From contig NC_082710.1 in assembly GCF_030144855.1 (NCBI RefSeq), positions 25,110,001-25,174,000 of the forward strand: a stretch of DNA of 64,000 nucleotides, written 5' to 3'. The first letter of the stretch is position 1. Each line of letters begins with the position of its first letter. The stretch is from Hypanus sabinus (lineage: Eukaryota). The translations under genes were made by a program, and so were the position numbers. This document shows, one piece after another, positions 24,872 through 37,896 of the stretch. The notes under the pieces are model-generated. The model worked only from the letters and a program-made list of their open reading frames with translations. It made no database searches and had not been told where the DNA came from.

Positions 24872-25070
24872 GTTTAGCCCATTGGTTTAAGAACATAATG
24901 GTTGGAGGGAAGTAGCTATTCCTGACCCTGGTGGTGTAGGATGTCAGGCTTCCACATCTCCTGCATTAGGGTTTAGCCCATCGGTTTAAGAACTGAATGG
25001 TTGGAGGGAAGTAGCTGTTCTGAAACCTGATGATGTGGGACTTCAGGCTTTTTCATCTTCTTGCCCAATG
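24872..25070. repeat. ~99-bp diverged tandem duplication within a Rex-type 3' remnant
   Basis: tttagcccat.ggtttaagaac...ggttggagggaagtagct.ttc occurs at ~24873 and ~24972. Confidence 0.7.
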
Positions 25071-25509
25071 GTAGCTGTGAGAAACTGGCATGGCCCAAAT
25101 GGTAGGGATCTTGATGGCTATTGGTGAGCTTTGGTGATGAAGTAATCTTCCAGATGATGTTGAACAGGGAACCATCCCCATAGTGCTCACAGAGCCCCTG
25201 ACCCACAATGTCCAAGATGTTCTGTGCTATCCACTGCCTGATGGACTAGGTTTCCTCCATACAGTGCCAAGATGCTCTCCTGCACACACCTCAAAAGCTC
25301 TACCCCATCTGAGCTTTTAACACTGTTAATGTTTTGGAAATATGATACTACATCTCACTAATATCTGCCTGAATATCTGTTCCTCTATCTTCTGTTGACA
25401 GTGAGGAGGTCTGTATTTACGTCACCAGCAAAGTGACAACTCCTCACCTGGTCTCACCAGGACTACTTAGCACCAGATTACTTCAGCCATGTTTCAAATA
25501 TGGTCATGA

Positions 25510-25745
25510 GGCGGTATGGTAGCACAGCAGTTAGCATAAGACTTGCAGCGTCAGCAACTTGTGCTGCTGTCTGTAAGGAATGTGTACGTTCTCCCCAGGA
25601 CCATGTTGGTTTCCTCAGTGTGTTCCAGCTTCCTCCCACAGTCCAAAGATGAATGGGTTGGCAGGTTAATTGGTCGCATGAGTGTAATTCGGTGACATGG
25701 GCTCATTGAGCCTGAGAGCCTTTATCTCCTATTACAAATAAACAA
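25510..25745 (+). mobile_element. V-SINE/HE1-like SINE
   Basis: ggtagcacagcagttagc...gtacgttctcccc...ggtttcctc...ttcctcccacagtccaaaga. Confidence 0.75.
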
Positions 25746-27419
25746 AATAAGAGCTCATTTCTAGAGGTGAGGTGATGATGATTGGTTTACATGAAGTCAT
25801 GAAGCTCCAAGCAGTCAGAAAAAAAAATGAAGTCAGAAGATTTACCCTCTGTGGATAGTGGATAGGAAGATAGTTGTGTTGTTGAAAGTCAGCATTTCAG
25901 CTCAAAGACATCACTTCAAAAGCTCCATAGTGAATGAACTAGGCCCAACTACCTTCAGCTGTTTCATCAACAGTTTACTCCTGTTTAATAGAGGGGGTGT
26001 ATATTGTTGGTTATGCAAGAGTTCTGGTCTACTGTTCTTCATGTAATAAGGTATCAACCCCTACATTACTTTTAAGTGGAAAATAACATTCTTCCCACAT
26101 AAGTGTCAAGAAAGAATCTCCGACAACAGAGTGAATAACTTGCTCACGTTGACTTTATGCAACATTACCTTCATTCAATGTGGCACCAATATCCTGGAGA
26201 CAGGATGTGACAGTCACCATTTACTGAAACTTAGCTAGACCTGCCAAGGAAATGTTTTGTTGTAATGTCAGATCAAAGGCTACATATGCAAAGTAAATGA
26301 CCAATAAGATGGCAGCACTCTTGGATGTTTTAGCCTCTCTGGATTCAAACAAAGGTGTAATTGTTCGTCTTTTATGGCTTTCTAAGACACTGCTGGGTGT
26401 TAAGAGCATCGGGTACCTCAGATCTACCCCACTAGCGAGTTGGACTATAGTGGTGGAGATGGTCTATAGTGGTGGCCTGCATCAGCAACCTGGGGAAGGA
26501 GGTGTCAGGTAGTGGGCAGAGGTAATGTGTGATCCAACACGCAAGAGAAATGATTGGCTTGGATATTGGTAATGTGGAATACTGCAAGTCCGATTCACTG
26601 GTTCATCGATGAGACTGATGGCAAAGGAGCTGCTTGGCCTCGGTTATGGCGTGGACCAGGCTCTTGTGCCCTGTGGTCACCTGTTGCGGCTACCGGGGAA
26701 GGAGAAGCTGGAGCCAGCTGCGTGTTGCTGGATTCCCTGCTGGGTTGGGATCTGGCCTCTCCTTTCATTGCTGCCCTCCCGTGTTCAATCGATGGAAGAG
26801 AAGCTGGATTGCGCTCATCTGCGGCAGCATTTGTGCAAGATGAGGAACTGCTGTGGGCTTGCTCTTGTGGAAATGTGGCTTCAGGGCAATATCTATGCAC
26901 CATCAACCTTCAAGCCATGATGCTCAGAGACTTGGGCTATATTATTATTACTTTTGAATATTCTTGTATGTTTTCCTGCTATCATAATTAAATGTGCTGT
27001 GTGCAGTGTGTGACTGTTGGTAGTGTATTTTCACCTTGACCCTAGAGGAAAGCTCTTCTGTTTGTCTGTATTCAGGTGTATGTTTTAAACTTGAGCTTGA
27101 CTCACCACTTGATCTCCAAAACCTTTCACCATCTACAGGACTCGCAGTGATTCTCCGCTTGTTTGCATGAATGGAGTTCCAACAGCAACCAAGAAGTTTC
27201 AAGGCTAAGCAGCTAGATTTTCACCCCATTCAGAACCCTAGATCACACAAGGACAGTGCAACCTCAGTGGTACTGTCAAAAAGTAGCAACAATTGGTAGT
27301 CTTTTGGTTCATTATTGTCACATGTATCGAGATACAATGAAAAGCATTTGCATGTGATCCGGACAGATCATGGCCATACATAATTAAAATGAGGTGGTAA
27401 AATGAAATAGAATGCAGAA

Positions 27420-27556
27420 TGAACAGGAGAAAATCTGCAGTTGCTGGCAATCTGATCAATGCACATAAAATGCTGGAGGAACTCAGCAGGCCAGGCAGCA
27501 TCTAGGAAAAGAGTACAGTCGATATTTCGGGCTGAAAACCTTCGGCAGCACTGGAA
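27420..27556 (-). mobile_element. Penelope-like terminal repeat (solo)
   Basis: aaaatgctggaggaactcagcaggccaggcagcatctagg...gtcgatatttcgggctgaaaaccttcggcagc. Confidence 0.8.
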
Positions 27557-27816
27557 GAATATGAGAGTGTGGAATATAATGTTACAGATTGAGGAAGGTG
27601 CAGCACAGGGCAAATGAAATCCAAGGGCCACCATGAGATAGAATGGGAGATCAAGAGTTCAAGAGCTCATCCTTTAGCACGGCAAGATTTCTTCGATTGC
27701 ACCTTCTATTGGCAATCTGGAAGGACTGTGGTAACAAGCGGGCGGGAACAACACAACCCCTCTTCTCCTTCAACTGATGCACCAGCTCAGCTGGAAAATA
27801 TCTCGTCATTTTTTCC

Positions 27817-28086
27817 ATAAGCCATAGGAGCAGAATTAGGCCATTTGGCCCATCAAGTCTGCTCACCATTCTATCACTGCTGATTTATTATCTCTCAACC
27901 CCATTCTCCTGCCTTCTCCCTTTTGACACCCTGATTAACCAAGAACCTTTCAACCTCCGATTTAAATATACTCAATAACTTAGCCTCCACAGTGACAATG
28001 AATTCCACAGATTCACCACCCTTTGGCTAAAGAAATTCCTTTTCATCTCTGTTCTAAATGAGCACTCCTCAATTCTGAGGCTGGGC
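27817..28086 (-). mobile_element. CR1 3' end
   Basis: ataggagcagaattaggccatttggccc...ggctaaagaaattcct, same as the 34900 terminus. Confidence 0.8.
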
Positions 28087-28917
28087 CTAACAATGGACAA
28101 TTTTCATTGTTGCTGACTGGACATTGTGGACACCCTCCCCTGCAACCCTTATCGGACAGCTCTGTGGGTGAACCTCCACCACATTGCAGAATCTCAAGGA
28201 GAGGGCTTACCACCAACCATGCTAGGGTCATAAATGTTGATCTTACCAGTGACGTTCACAGACCGGGAATGAAGTGTGCATTTCATCACCGCAATGGTAC
28301 ATTATGTTACTGCAATTCATTGTGTCCACGATCATTGGCTCAGATTATACCTTTCCAGCATAGACAACAACCTCAATTTTCACTGCTGTTTGATGCCAAC
28401 TGAAACTAGGATTTTTGCTGTGCTGGAAATTCCCAGGTGCTATCAGCAGTTCACCTCTCCTCCACAGGTGGCAGTGTTTATAGCCTTTTCCACCACAAAT
28501 CAAATACGTAGTTCATCAAGTTGCGACATAGTCTTACGGTAAAATTCTCTGAATGATGCACTTTATTGCATTAGTTCTAAATGAATTTACAAGGCTGTAT
28601 ACTTAATCATTATCACTATTAGCAAATTCTTTGGCCATAAAAACATCTATTTCGTATAAATAGTTTGTACTTCCTCACGAAAACGTTTTGAAATGTAATG
28701 GATTTTAAAATAATAAAAACATGTTCTAATTTACATTTTAAGAACTATGTTTATGATATTTAAGCTTCTCCCTAAATTAATGTATATTTTCTTATCTGTA
28801 TTAAGTGCACTGCAAAATCTTAAAATAGTTACCTAAATATTATAGTCTTCGAGTGGTACTGCACAGAAACAGGCCCTAAACAGCAGGAATTCTGTTGAGG
28901 CTGGAAATCCAGAATAA

Positions 28918-28923
<6 letters not shown>

Positions 28924-29002
<79 letters not shown>
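28924..29002. repeat. (CA)n microsatellite, ~39 units, expanded from the acacaca end of a Penelope-like terminal repeat
   Basis: Perfect CA run flanked by gctggaaatccag and ggaacttagcatgtcaggcagcatctatgg. Confidence 0.95.
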
Positions 29003-29004
<2 letters not shown>

Positions 29005-29789
29005 CTTCCCCCCCCCACCCCGAAGGAACTTAGCATGTCAGGCAGCATCTATGGAAAGGAACAAACAGTTGATGTTTTGGTGAGATCTTTCATCAGGACA
29101 AACCAGGCCCTTCAGCCCACCACTCCCATGGCAACCCTTTTGCCCATCTACACAAATCTCATTTGCCTTCTCTTTGCCTATTTAAGTGCCTTTCTAACTA
29201 TCTCAGCATTGTAGCTAATTCCACTACCTCCTCTGGCTGCACGTTCCAAATATCAACCACACTGCAAAAAGACCTTGCGGCTCAAAATGCCTTTGAAACA
29301 ATTCCCTCTCATCCTAAACCTATGCCCTTTAGTCTTTGATGTCTTTATCATGGAAAAAACTTCTAACAACCCTGTCTTGTATTTTGACAAACCTTTATCA
29401 GGTTACCCTTCAGCCTCTCTAGCTTTGGAGAAAACCTAATAAGATCAGCCTGTTCAATCTCTTTCCAAAACTAAATACTTCAAATCCAGGCAAGTTCCCG
29501 TTGAATCTTCTCTGCACTCATTCCAAAGTCACTACTTCCTTCCTTTAGGCTTTAGGTTAGGCTGCACACACTGCTCCAATTGCAGCCTAACCAATGTTTT
29601 ATCAAGTTCCTATATACAGTATATTTATGTTCTAAATGTAAAGGTTTACTGTTTGTAAATGTACTTCATTGTGATTGGCTGCTCAGTCAGCTTGTTGACG
29701 TCATAAATGCTGTTATGCTGTTCACCAGTGATCCCCTGAAACTGCAACTTAATAACAGCTCTTGCATTCTGACACAAGCACGTCTTTAT

Positions 29790-31665
29790 CCCATTTTTAA
29801 CTCCCTGAGGCCTTCATGGACATCAACACTTCACTCAACCAGGCCTTTGTCCCCACCTGCTTCAAATCAGCCACCATCATCCCTGTTCCAAAGAACTCTG
29901 CACCTTCAGGACTAAATGGCTACCTTCCAATGGCATTGAAGCCAATCGTCATGAAGCACTTTGAACAACTGATAATGGCACATATCAAAATTCTATTCAT
30001 ACCTCTCTGGACACTCATCAATATGCTTACCAACAAAACTGCTCTGCAGCAGATGCCATAAGATCTGTCATTCATCTGGCCCTGACACACCTGGAAAGCT
30101 CGGACACTTATATCAGAATGCTGTTAATGAATTTCAGTTTGGCATTCAACACTATTGTCCCACAGTCCTTTGTCCCACTCCTGCTCCTCAGTCTAAGTAA
30201 CCATTGTACAAACAAATGTTGGACTTCCTAACCAACAGAGCTCAGATAGTCAAGATGCACAACCACTCCTCCCTCCCCATTATCCTCAACACAGGTGCCC
30301 CCCCCATTGAGCCCATTGCTGTACACTCTTGTTTACACATGACAGCACGATCAAGCACCCGAGTAACCTTCGTGTTGAGTTTGCCGATGGCGCAACACTG
30401 GTGAGGCTCATCACCAATAATGACCTACAGAGAGGAGATGAAAGAGCTTGAGGCCAGGTGCCAGGAAAATAACCTCTCCCTCAATGTCAAGAAGACCTAA
30501 AACATTGAATTTCTATTCATTTCCATTAATGCTGCCTGACTTACTGAGTTCCTCCAGCATTTTGTTAAAGACAAAAGAATTGGCTATCGACTAATGGAAA
30601 ACCCAACTACTCACACCCCTCTTTACATCAGTGGCATGGCAGTGGAAACTGCAAACTGTTTCAAATTCTTGGGACTGCATGACCTCACGTAGTCAAAGAA
30701 CACATCCAACACATTCAGGAAAGCTCACCAATGCCTCTACTTTCTGAGGAGGCTGAAGAGAGCTGGACTTTGCACATCAATATTCACTTTGTTCTGCAGA
30801 CACGCAGCGGACAGCATCCTAACATCCACACTGCACTGTGTGGACAGGAAGGCTCCACACGGGTAGTCAAAACCTTCAAACCATACCCACCATAAAGGAC
30901 ATGTAAACAGAAAAGGGCTAGTCACGTCATGAAGGATCCCACCAACCTTGCTCATAGACTATCCCATTCCCATCAGGGAGGAAACTATGTGGCATCCATG
31001 TCAAGACCACAGGACTCAAAAACAATTACTTTCCTCAAGCAGTAAGGCTAATCAACACCTCCATCCACTAACCCACCCCTCGACACCCCCAACCACCACT
31101 ACTTTTTCATTTCCTGTCAGAGTCACATTGTGTATAGACACTCTTGTGTCTAGCATCACTTTGTACACAATCTGTCTACGTATATAAGCTAGCATGTATT
31201 TACGAGGGGTGATTGATAAGTTCGTGGCCTAAGGTAGAAGGAGATCAGTTATACAGTTCTCATTACATGCACATGCAGTTCAACTCTTTGAGTGATAATG
31301 CAAAATGTTTGAAGTTAATAACTCATCTCCTTCTACCTTAGTCCACAAACTTATCAATCACCTATGCTGTGGACCACTTCTGGAGGACCAAGACGCTGAC
31401 TTCTACAAAGAAGGGATCCATATGCTCCACGACTGCTGCACTCATTGTGTAAATGTAGGAAAAATAAATGTGCTAGGTTTTCTAAAATTGACTCCTTCTA
31501 CCTTTGGCCGTGAACTTATCGATCACCCCTCATATATTTATAGTGTTTTTTAAATTATTGTATTCTTAATCTTATTGTGTCTTTTATGTGCTGCATCGGA
31601 TCCGGAGGAATGATCATTTTGTTCTTCTTTACACTGGTGTACCAGAAATGACATTAAACAATCCA
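29790..31665 (+). mobile_element. Rex1/Babar-type LINE, degenerate
   Basis: [15 protein letters not shown]...[27 protein letters not shown]; interrupted by the mariner element and a Penelope-like tail. Confidence 0.88.
31203..31532 (+). mobile_element. Non-autonomous mariner element with three TIR copies
   Basis: TA-flanked. ~40-bp TIR CGAGGGGTGATTGATAAGTTCGTGGCCTAAGGTAGAAGGAG, with inverted copies at 31327-31362 and at the right end. DFYKEGIHMLHDCCTHCVNVG resembles the mariner transposase C-terminus. Confidence 0.88.
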
Positions 31666-31669
31666 GGAT

Positions 31670-31842
31670 TTGGAATCCCAATAACACACACAAAATACTG
31701 GAGGAACTCAACAGGTCAGGCTGCATTTATGGAAAAGAGTATAGTCGACATTTTGGGCCAAGACCCTTCAGCAGGACTGGAGAAAAATGCTGAGGAGTAG
31801 ATTTAAAAGGTGGGGGGGGAAAGGGGAGAGGAACACAAGGTT
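31670..31842 (-). mobile_element. Penelope-like terminal repeat
   Basis: acacacaaaatactggaggaactcaacagg...gtcgacattttgggccaagacccttcagcaggactgg. Confidence 0.8.
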
Positions 31843-32159
31843 ATTTAATTATGCATATATATTTGCATTGAATGCTTAATATCACCTCCTTGAATGCTTC
31901 CTCCTATCCTGACAATGAAGACTATCAAGTTGGTCCTCAGATAACATCTGTCTGTTAAAATTTGCTGGGCCTCAAACAATGTGGTAAGTAAGACCTTACA
32001 TTTACTTTTGCTCTAAAGAACTTATGGAATATAGAAACAGGTTATAGAATATTTGAAAAGAAAAATGCAATATTTTCACATAAGAAGGACTAAATTGCAT
32101 TTCCAGTAGAAGTTCTAGATATAATGGAATCTCTCTGTGTAAATTGAAGGATATGGATG

Positions 32160-32360
32160 ATTCTGGCTTCTGCCCCCTTCCTTTCCAGTCCCGACGAAGG
32201 GTCTCGGCCCGAAACGTCAACAGTGCTTCTCCCTATAGATGCTGCTTGGCCTGCTGTGTTCCACCAGCATTTTGTATATGTTGTCTGATGAAGAGTGTCA
32301 GCCTGAAACTCGAGTGTTTATTCCATTGATGCTGCTGCTGTGTTCCTCCAGCACTTTGAG
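32160..32360 (+). mobile_element. Tandem Penelope-like terminal repeats with two hammerhead motifs
   Basis: Motifs at 32191-32218 (CCGACGA...GAAACGTC) and 32285-32312 (CTGATGA...GAAAC). Confidence 0.78.
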
Positions 32361-33063
32361 GTAAGTACAAAGTGACCTATGCATAGATAGAGTAGCTGTC
32401 ACATCTAAATTTTCATCTTTGCATTGCAGTGCCAGTATTACTTAAGAACTTCAACGTTCAAGAAAACTTATGCTTTTCCAATATGAAATTAAGTTTGGAG
32501 GATGTGGAGGCAAAGTATTATATGCAAATAAAGACAACTTCAAATGGGCTATTAAGTTTAATGTGATCTTGTCATGCCTTAATTATGTTCTGCCTTCTAA
32601 TCTTTCTTCTGAACAAAACCTGAAGATAATGTGTGCAGTAGTTCTGTGTATCAGCTAAGTATGTTTAAGTTGTTTCAATTAGTATCTCAACCAATTGAAC
32701 AAATCTGCTGATGTCATTTCCATCAGAGGTTCCCTCTTAAATATTTGGGGATCTTTTTTGTTTTATTTTGCAATAACCAACATTTATATAGTCTAGTTAG
32801 TGTATTAAATTCAAAACTATGGTGCTGTACATATATTATTTAACAAGCTGTTGCTATGAAATCATTATAATTTTTAAACAAATATTAAAACAAATAAGTG
32901 ATGGCATTTATAACAAGCTGATTTCCTGAAATATATTAGTGGGGGGTTTTTTGTTATGTTTGACACAAAGTTATATGCAAAAATGCTATTTTTTTACCCC
33001 TGCTCTGTTCTCCCAATGTTCTAATGGGCAGGGCAGAATAGATAATACAGGAGATGTACAGTA

Positions 33064-33550
33064 CACTCTGTGGTACCCTGCTTGTTTATGCAAGTATCTA
33101 ATCAGACAGTCATGTGGCAGCAACTCAATGCATAAAAGCATGATAGACATGATCAAGAGGTTCAGTGATTGTTCAAACCAAACATCAGATCTAAGTGACT
33201 TTGACCCTGGAATGATTGTTGATGTTAGACGGGGTGGTTTGAGTATCTCAGAAACTGCTGATCTTATGGGATTTTTTACACACAATAGTCTCTAGAATTT
33301 GCAGAGAATGGTGCAAAAGTCAATAAGAAATCCAGGAAGTGGCAGTTTTGTGTGAGAATGAGAGAGGTCAGAGGAGAATGGCCAGACACCGGTTCAAGTT
33401 GACAGGAAGGCAACAGCAATCCACCGTTACAACAGTATCTGAAGAGCATTGCTGAATGCACACCAAGTCGAACTTTGAAGTGGATGGGCTACATCAGCAG
33501 AAGACCAGACCAGGTTCCACTCTTGTGTCCTATAAAGTGGCCTCTGTGTG
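33064..33550 (+). mobile_element. Deleted Tc1 transposon (same family)
   Basis: TA-flanked, degenerate TIRs; SDFDPGMIVDVRRGGLSISETADLMGF is a typical Tc1 N-terminal HTH. Confidence 0.82.
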
Positions 33551-34899
33551 TAATGTACTTTCAAATTAGTTTCACAATTATTTTTCTTATGAGCAATGAT
33601 ATTTGATTGTGGTGCCAGAGCATTGCACAGAATAGGGAACAGCCTGTTATTCAAAGAGAAACTAGAGAATCGGGATTAAAGGTAATTTCTCAGACTAGAA
33701 AATTTTGGGCGTAGAATAATTCTTCACATAAAGAATCTGCACCAATGCTGGTAAGTGGGAAGTGGGATACCAAGGATCAATTTTATACACCAAATACAAT
33801 TATATGTATTAGAAATTTGTTGTGGTATGTTGTGCTACACACCCAACAACTGTAAGAATAAAGACTTATGTAAATATAAGCTTAGGGGTTAAAGAACTGA
33901 TAAGGAATAAAATGTACATAATTAACAGTATTAGAATGTAAACATTATCAAAAGTGGTTTAAAGTGCTTACAATGCAGTGCAGTGATAGATGGGTGAGGA
34001 TGGCTATCAAGAATGACTGATCAGATTAACTGCCTGGGGGAAGAAATATTGGCAGTATAACTCATTAATACATGCATATTTTTTCTTTTCAAATCTTTTT
34101 TTTATTATTATTGTCCAAAATAACAAGAGTACATCGAAGCAAGTAACAATTACAATGTCTCAAAAGAGGAAAGAAAAACAATATTTAGGATTGAAAAATA
34201 TGGTGACTCAAAAAAGAGAAGAGAATTTTAAAAAACCTACTGGAGCAAGAAAAAAATGAGAAAAAAAGAACCCATTAGGTGTTCTGCCCTGGAGCCATGC
34301 ATCATACAAAAATGCAGGAGTTATATTTACATGTACAGAACCTTGGCAGATCTGAATTCTGCACTGTGATATGAACAGTTCTAGCTACTAAAGAGCAAAG
34401 GAGATTTAAACAGATCGGAAAGTTCATAACATAATTAAGATCATAAAGCAGGGACAAAACTAAAAGTGAGATAATCTATTTTCCTTGTTAGACTGAACAG
34501 GTTGATGCTTCTTTCTCTAGAACAGAGAAAACCAAATGCTCAGAAACAATATGAAACACTGGATATGACTTAATACAAAGCATACATTTGGGAAACTCGA
34601 CACAGAAAACATTTACAATTAACAGTAAGGATGTGAAAGTAAAATACTCACCATTAAATTCGGTTAAAAGCTCAGAAGAAAATCCTTTATGGTTATGGAA
34701 CTCACAGAACAATGCCCACATGAAGAATGGAGACACTAGCAGGCTGCCCCCAGAATTCCTTGGACTGTGTTAGTTGTTGGTGCTGACAACACATTTCACT
34801 GTATGTTTGATGCACAGGTGACAAATAAAGGTAATCTTTAAAGGATGGAGCAAGAGTTGTCAAGTGACAGGTGAGGAGGCAGGCTGGGGTGATAGATAG

Positions 34900-37893
34900 A
34901 CCATAAAACATAGGATCAGAATTAGGCCATTTGGTCCATGGAGTCTGCTCCAACATTTCGTCATGGCTGATCCACTTTTGCTCTCAGCCCCAATCTCCTT
35001 ACTTTTCCCTGTATCCCTTCATGCCCTGACTAATCAAGAACCTATCAATCTCCGCCTTAAATACACCCAATGACCTGGCCTCCACAGCCACCTGTGCCAA
35101 TGAATACAACACATTCGCCACTCTCTGGCTAAAGAAATTCCTCCTCATCTCCGATCTAAAAGGACATCCCTCTATTCTGAGCCTGTGTCATCTGGTCTTA
35201 GAAACTCCCACCATAGGAAATATCCTCTACACATTCACTTAGTCAAGGCTTTTCAACACTTGATGGGTTTCAATTAGGTCATCCCTCATATTTCTGAATT
35301 CCAGTGAGTAGAAGCCCAGAGCCATCGAACACTCCTCTTATGACAAGCCTATCAATCCTGAAATCATTTTTGTGAACTTGCTTTGAACCCTCTTCAATGT
35401 TACCACACCCTTTCTTAGCTAAGGGGTTCAAACCTGCTCACAATACTCGGTGAAACCTCATCAGTGCTTTATAAAGCCTCGATATTACAACCTTGCTTTT
35501 ATATTCAAGTCCTCTTGAAATGAATGCTAATATTGTATTTGCCTTCCTTACCACCGACACAATTTGCAAATTAACCTTTAGGGAATCTTGTACGAGGACT
35601 TCCAGATCCCTTTGCAGCTCAGATTTTTGAATTTTCTCTCCATTTCGAAAATAGTCTGTGCTTTTATTTCTTTTATCAAAGTGCATGACCATATACTTCC
35701 CAACACTGCATTCCATCTGCCACATCTTTACCCATTCTCCCAATCTGTCTAAGTCCTTCTGTGGCCTTTCTGCCTCCTCAGAACTACCTGTCCCTCCACC
35801 TATCTTTGTATCTTCCCCAAACTTGGTCATCAATTCCATCATCCAGATCATTGATATATGACGTAAAAGAACCAGTCCCAACCACAGACCCCTGTAGAAC
35901 ACCTCTAGTCATTGGCAACCAACCAAAAAAGGCTCCCTTTATTTCCAGTCTTTGCCTCCTGCCAATCAGCCAATGCTCTGTCCATGCTAGTATCTGCCCT
36001 GTAATACCATAGGCTCTTAACTTGTTAAGCAGCCTCACGTGCAGCACCTTGTCAAAGGCCTTCTGAAAATCTAAGTACACAACATCAACTGATTCTCCTT
36101 TGTTTATTCTGCGTGTTATTTCTTCAAAGGATTCCAACAGATTTCTCAGGCAAGATTTTCCCTTAAGGAAACCATAGCCTATTTTGGCTTATTTTATCAT
36201 GTGTCTCCAAGACTTCAAAACCACATCCTTTACAATCGACTCCCAACATCTTCCCAACCACTGAAGTCAGACTAACTATCTTCTGCCTCTCTCCATTCGT
36301 GAAGAGTGGAGTGACATTTGCAATTTTCCAGTTACCCAAAACTATGCCAGAATCAATTGATTCTTGAAAGATCATTACTATTGCCTCCAAAATCTTGTCA
36401 GCCATCTCTTTCAGGTGCTCTTTCTGGTCTGGATGACGTATCTGCCTTCAAACCCTTCAGTTTCCCAAAAACCTTCTTGCTAGTAATGGCAACTTCACAC
36501 ACTTCTGCGCCCTGACACTCTTGACCAGGCATGGGCAAACTACGGCCCGCGGGCCATATGCGGCCCATTAAGCTTTTTAATCCGGCCCGCAGAACTTGAT
36601 GAAATTATATTAATAAACCTTGTTAACGTTTTTTCCCCGCAATTCTGGCGTTTTCCCAATAGATGACGCACTCTATATACATTGACCTTTGTTGAGGTGC
36701 AGCGTATTACTCCACATTTGCGCTTTACTCTTTGTTCGGCTCGACCTATTTGCGTGAACAGGCGTTCAGCGTCATGAACATCAACAAAGCCAGCCACAGA
36801 TCCAAGTTAACTGACCAACACCTCAGATCCATCCTGAGAATCGCCACAACAAAACTAAATCTAGACTTTGATGCGCTGGCTAAAAAGGGAGACCAACAAC
36901 ACTCTTCCCATTGAAATTAAAAATAAGTTTCTTCATTGTGTTATGTAAAAAATGCATTTGAAAATATTTTTTTCAATAAGCCTTACATGTTGCATGTCAT
37001 TTCTGTTAAGTGATGGAGATGAGTAGTGCGCAGGTGCACGTACGTTCTCAAAATAAAAACTGCGCTCCAGATCAAATAACGCGCTCCGCATACTGGCGTG
37101 CTGTCATTGTTCTGTATTTGTGCTGGTCGTTGTTGAGTTTTGGCACAGGGGACAATTGAATAAGAAGGAGCAGAACAAGTAGACCTGCATCTCCTACCAT
37201 TTTTGAAATAAAGACAGTCAGGAGGAGAGTGATGATGATAATATCTTGAAGGATAACAGAATTTTCAGTGCTTTAAAATAATAACTGTTACTATTAAAAA
37301 AAGCTGTATTTTATTCATTTAATTTTCAGTGTTTTAAAAGTCATTTCAATAAATAGCTAAATACCATGGGACTTCAAAGACAGAGATTTTGTTGTAATGC
37401 ATTTGTTCATTTTCAATTGAAATTAAAGCACATGTTTTCTACATATCCCATGATATTTTATTTTCTCTTATGAGGTGTATTACCAAAACACTCCGTCCAT
37501 CTGCTCCTGGTCCGGCCCCCCTGTCAAATTTTAGAACCCTTTGTGGCCCACAAGTCAAAAAGTTTGCCCACCCCTGCTCTTGACTGTCCAGCATACTGCT
37601 AGTGTCTTCCACAGTGAAGACCAATGTGAAATATTTATTCAACTCGGCTGTCATTTCCTTGTACTCCATTATTACTTCTCCAGTATCATTTTCCAGTGGT
37701 CCAATATCTATTCTCACCTCTTTTACACTTTATATATCAGAAGAAACTTTTGATATCCTCTTTAATATTACTGGCTAGCTTATCTTTGAATTCCATCTTT
37801 TTCTTCTTTTTGACATTATTAGTGGCATTCTGTTGGTTTTTAAAAGCTTTCCAATCCTCTAACTTCCTACTAATTTTTACTTTATTATATGCC
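34900..37893 (-). mobile_element. CR1 LINE (RT region and 3' end), degenerate, interrupted by the hAT
   Basis: RT remnants VDVVYLDFQKAFDKVLH, WKIANVTPLF, KFGEDTKIGG, LYKALMR; CR1 3' tail at ~34900. Confidence 0.92.
36526..37576 (+). mobile_element. Non-autonomous hAT (Charlie/Buster-type) DNA transposon, 1051 bp
   Basis: TIRs CAGGCATGGGCAAACT / AGTTTGCCCACCCCTG; perfect 8-bp TSD CTCTTGAC (36518-36525, 37577-37584). Contains a transposase C-terminal dimerisation-domain fragment, FGSTYLREQAFSVMNINKASHRSKLTDQHLRSILRIATT (36732-36914). Interrupts a CR1. Confidence 0.95.
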
Positions 37894-37896
37894 CTC

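Noticed and set aside
26300-27105. Overlapping ORFs of 100-145 aa
   Set aside because: No splice structure or recognisable domain. The region ends in a short tandem tail (aaacttgagcttga) like other non-LTR remnants, so it is probably an unclassified repeat.
28459-28476. CTCF-like CCACAGGTGGCAG
   Set aside because: The 5' half mismatches the core consensus at several positions.
36732-36914. GTF2IRD2/EPM2AIP1-like domesticated gene exon
   Set aside because: It lies inside a TIR- and TSD-bounded transposon inserted in a LINE, and only the C-terminal fragment is present.
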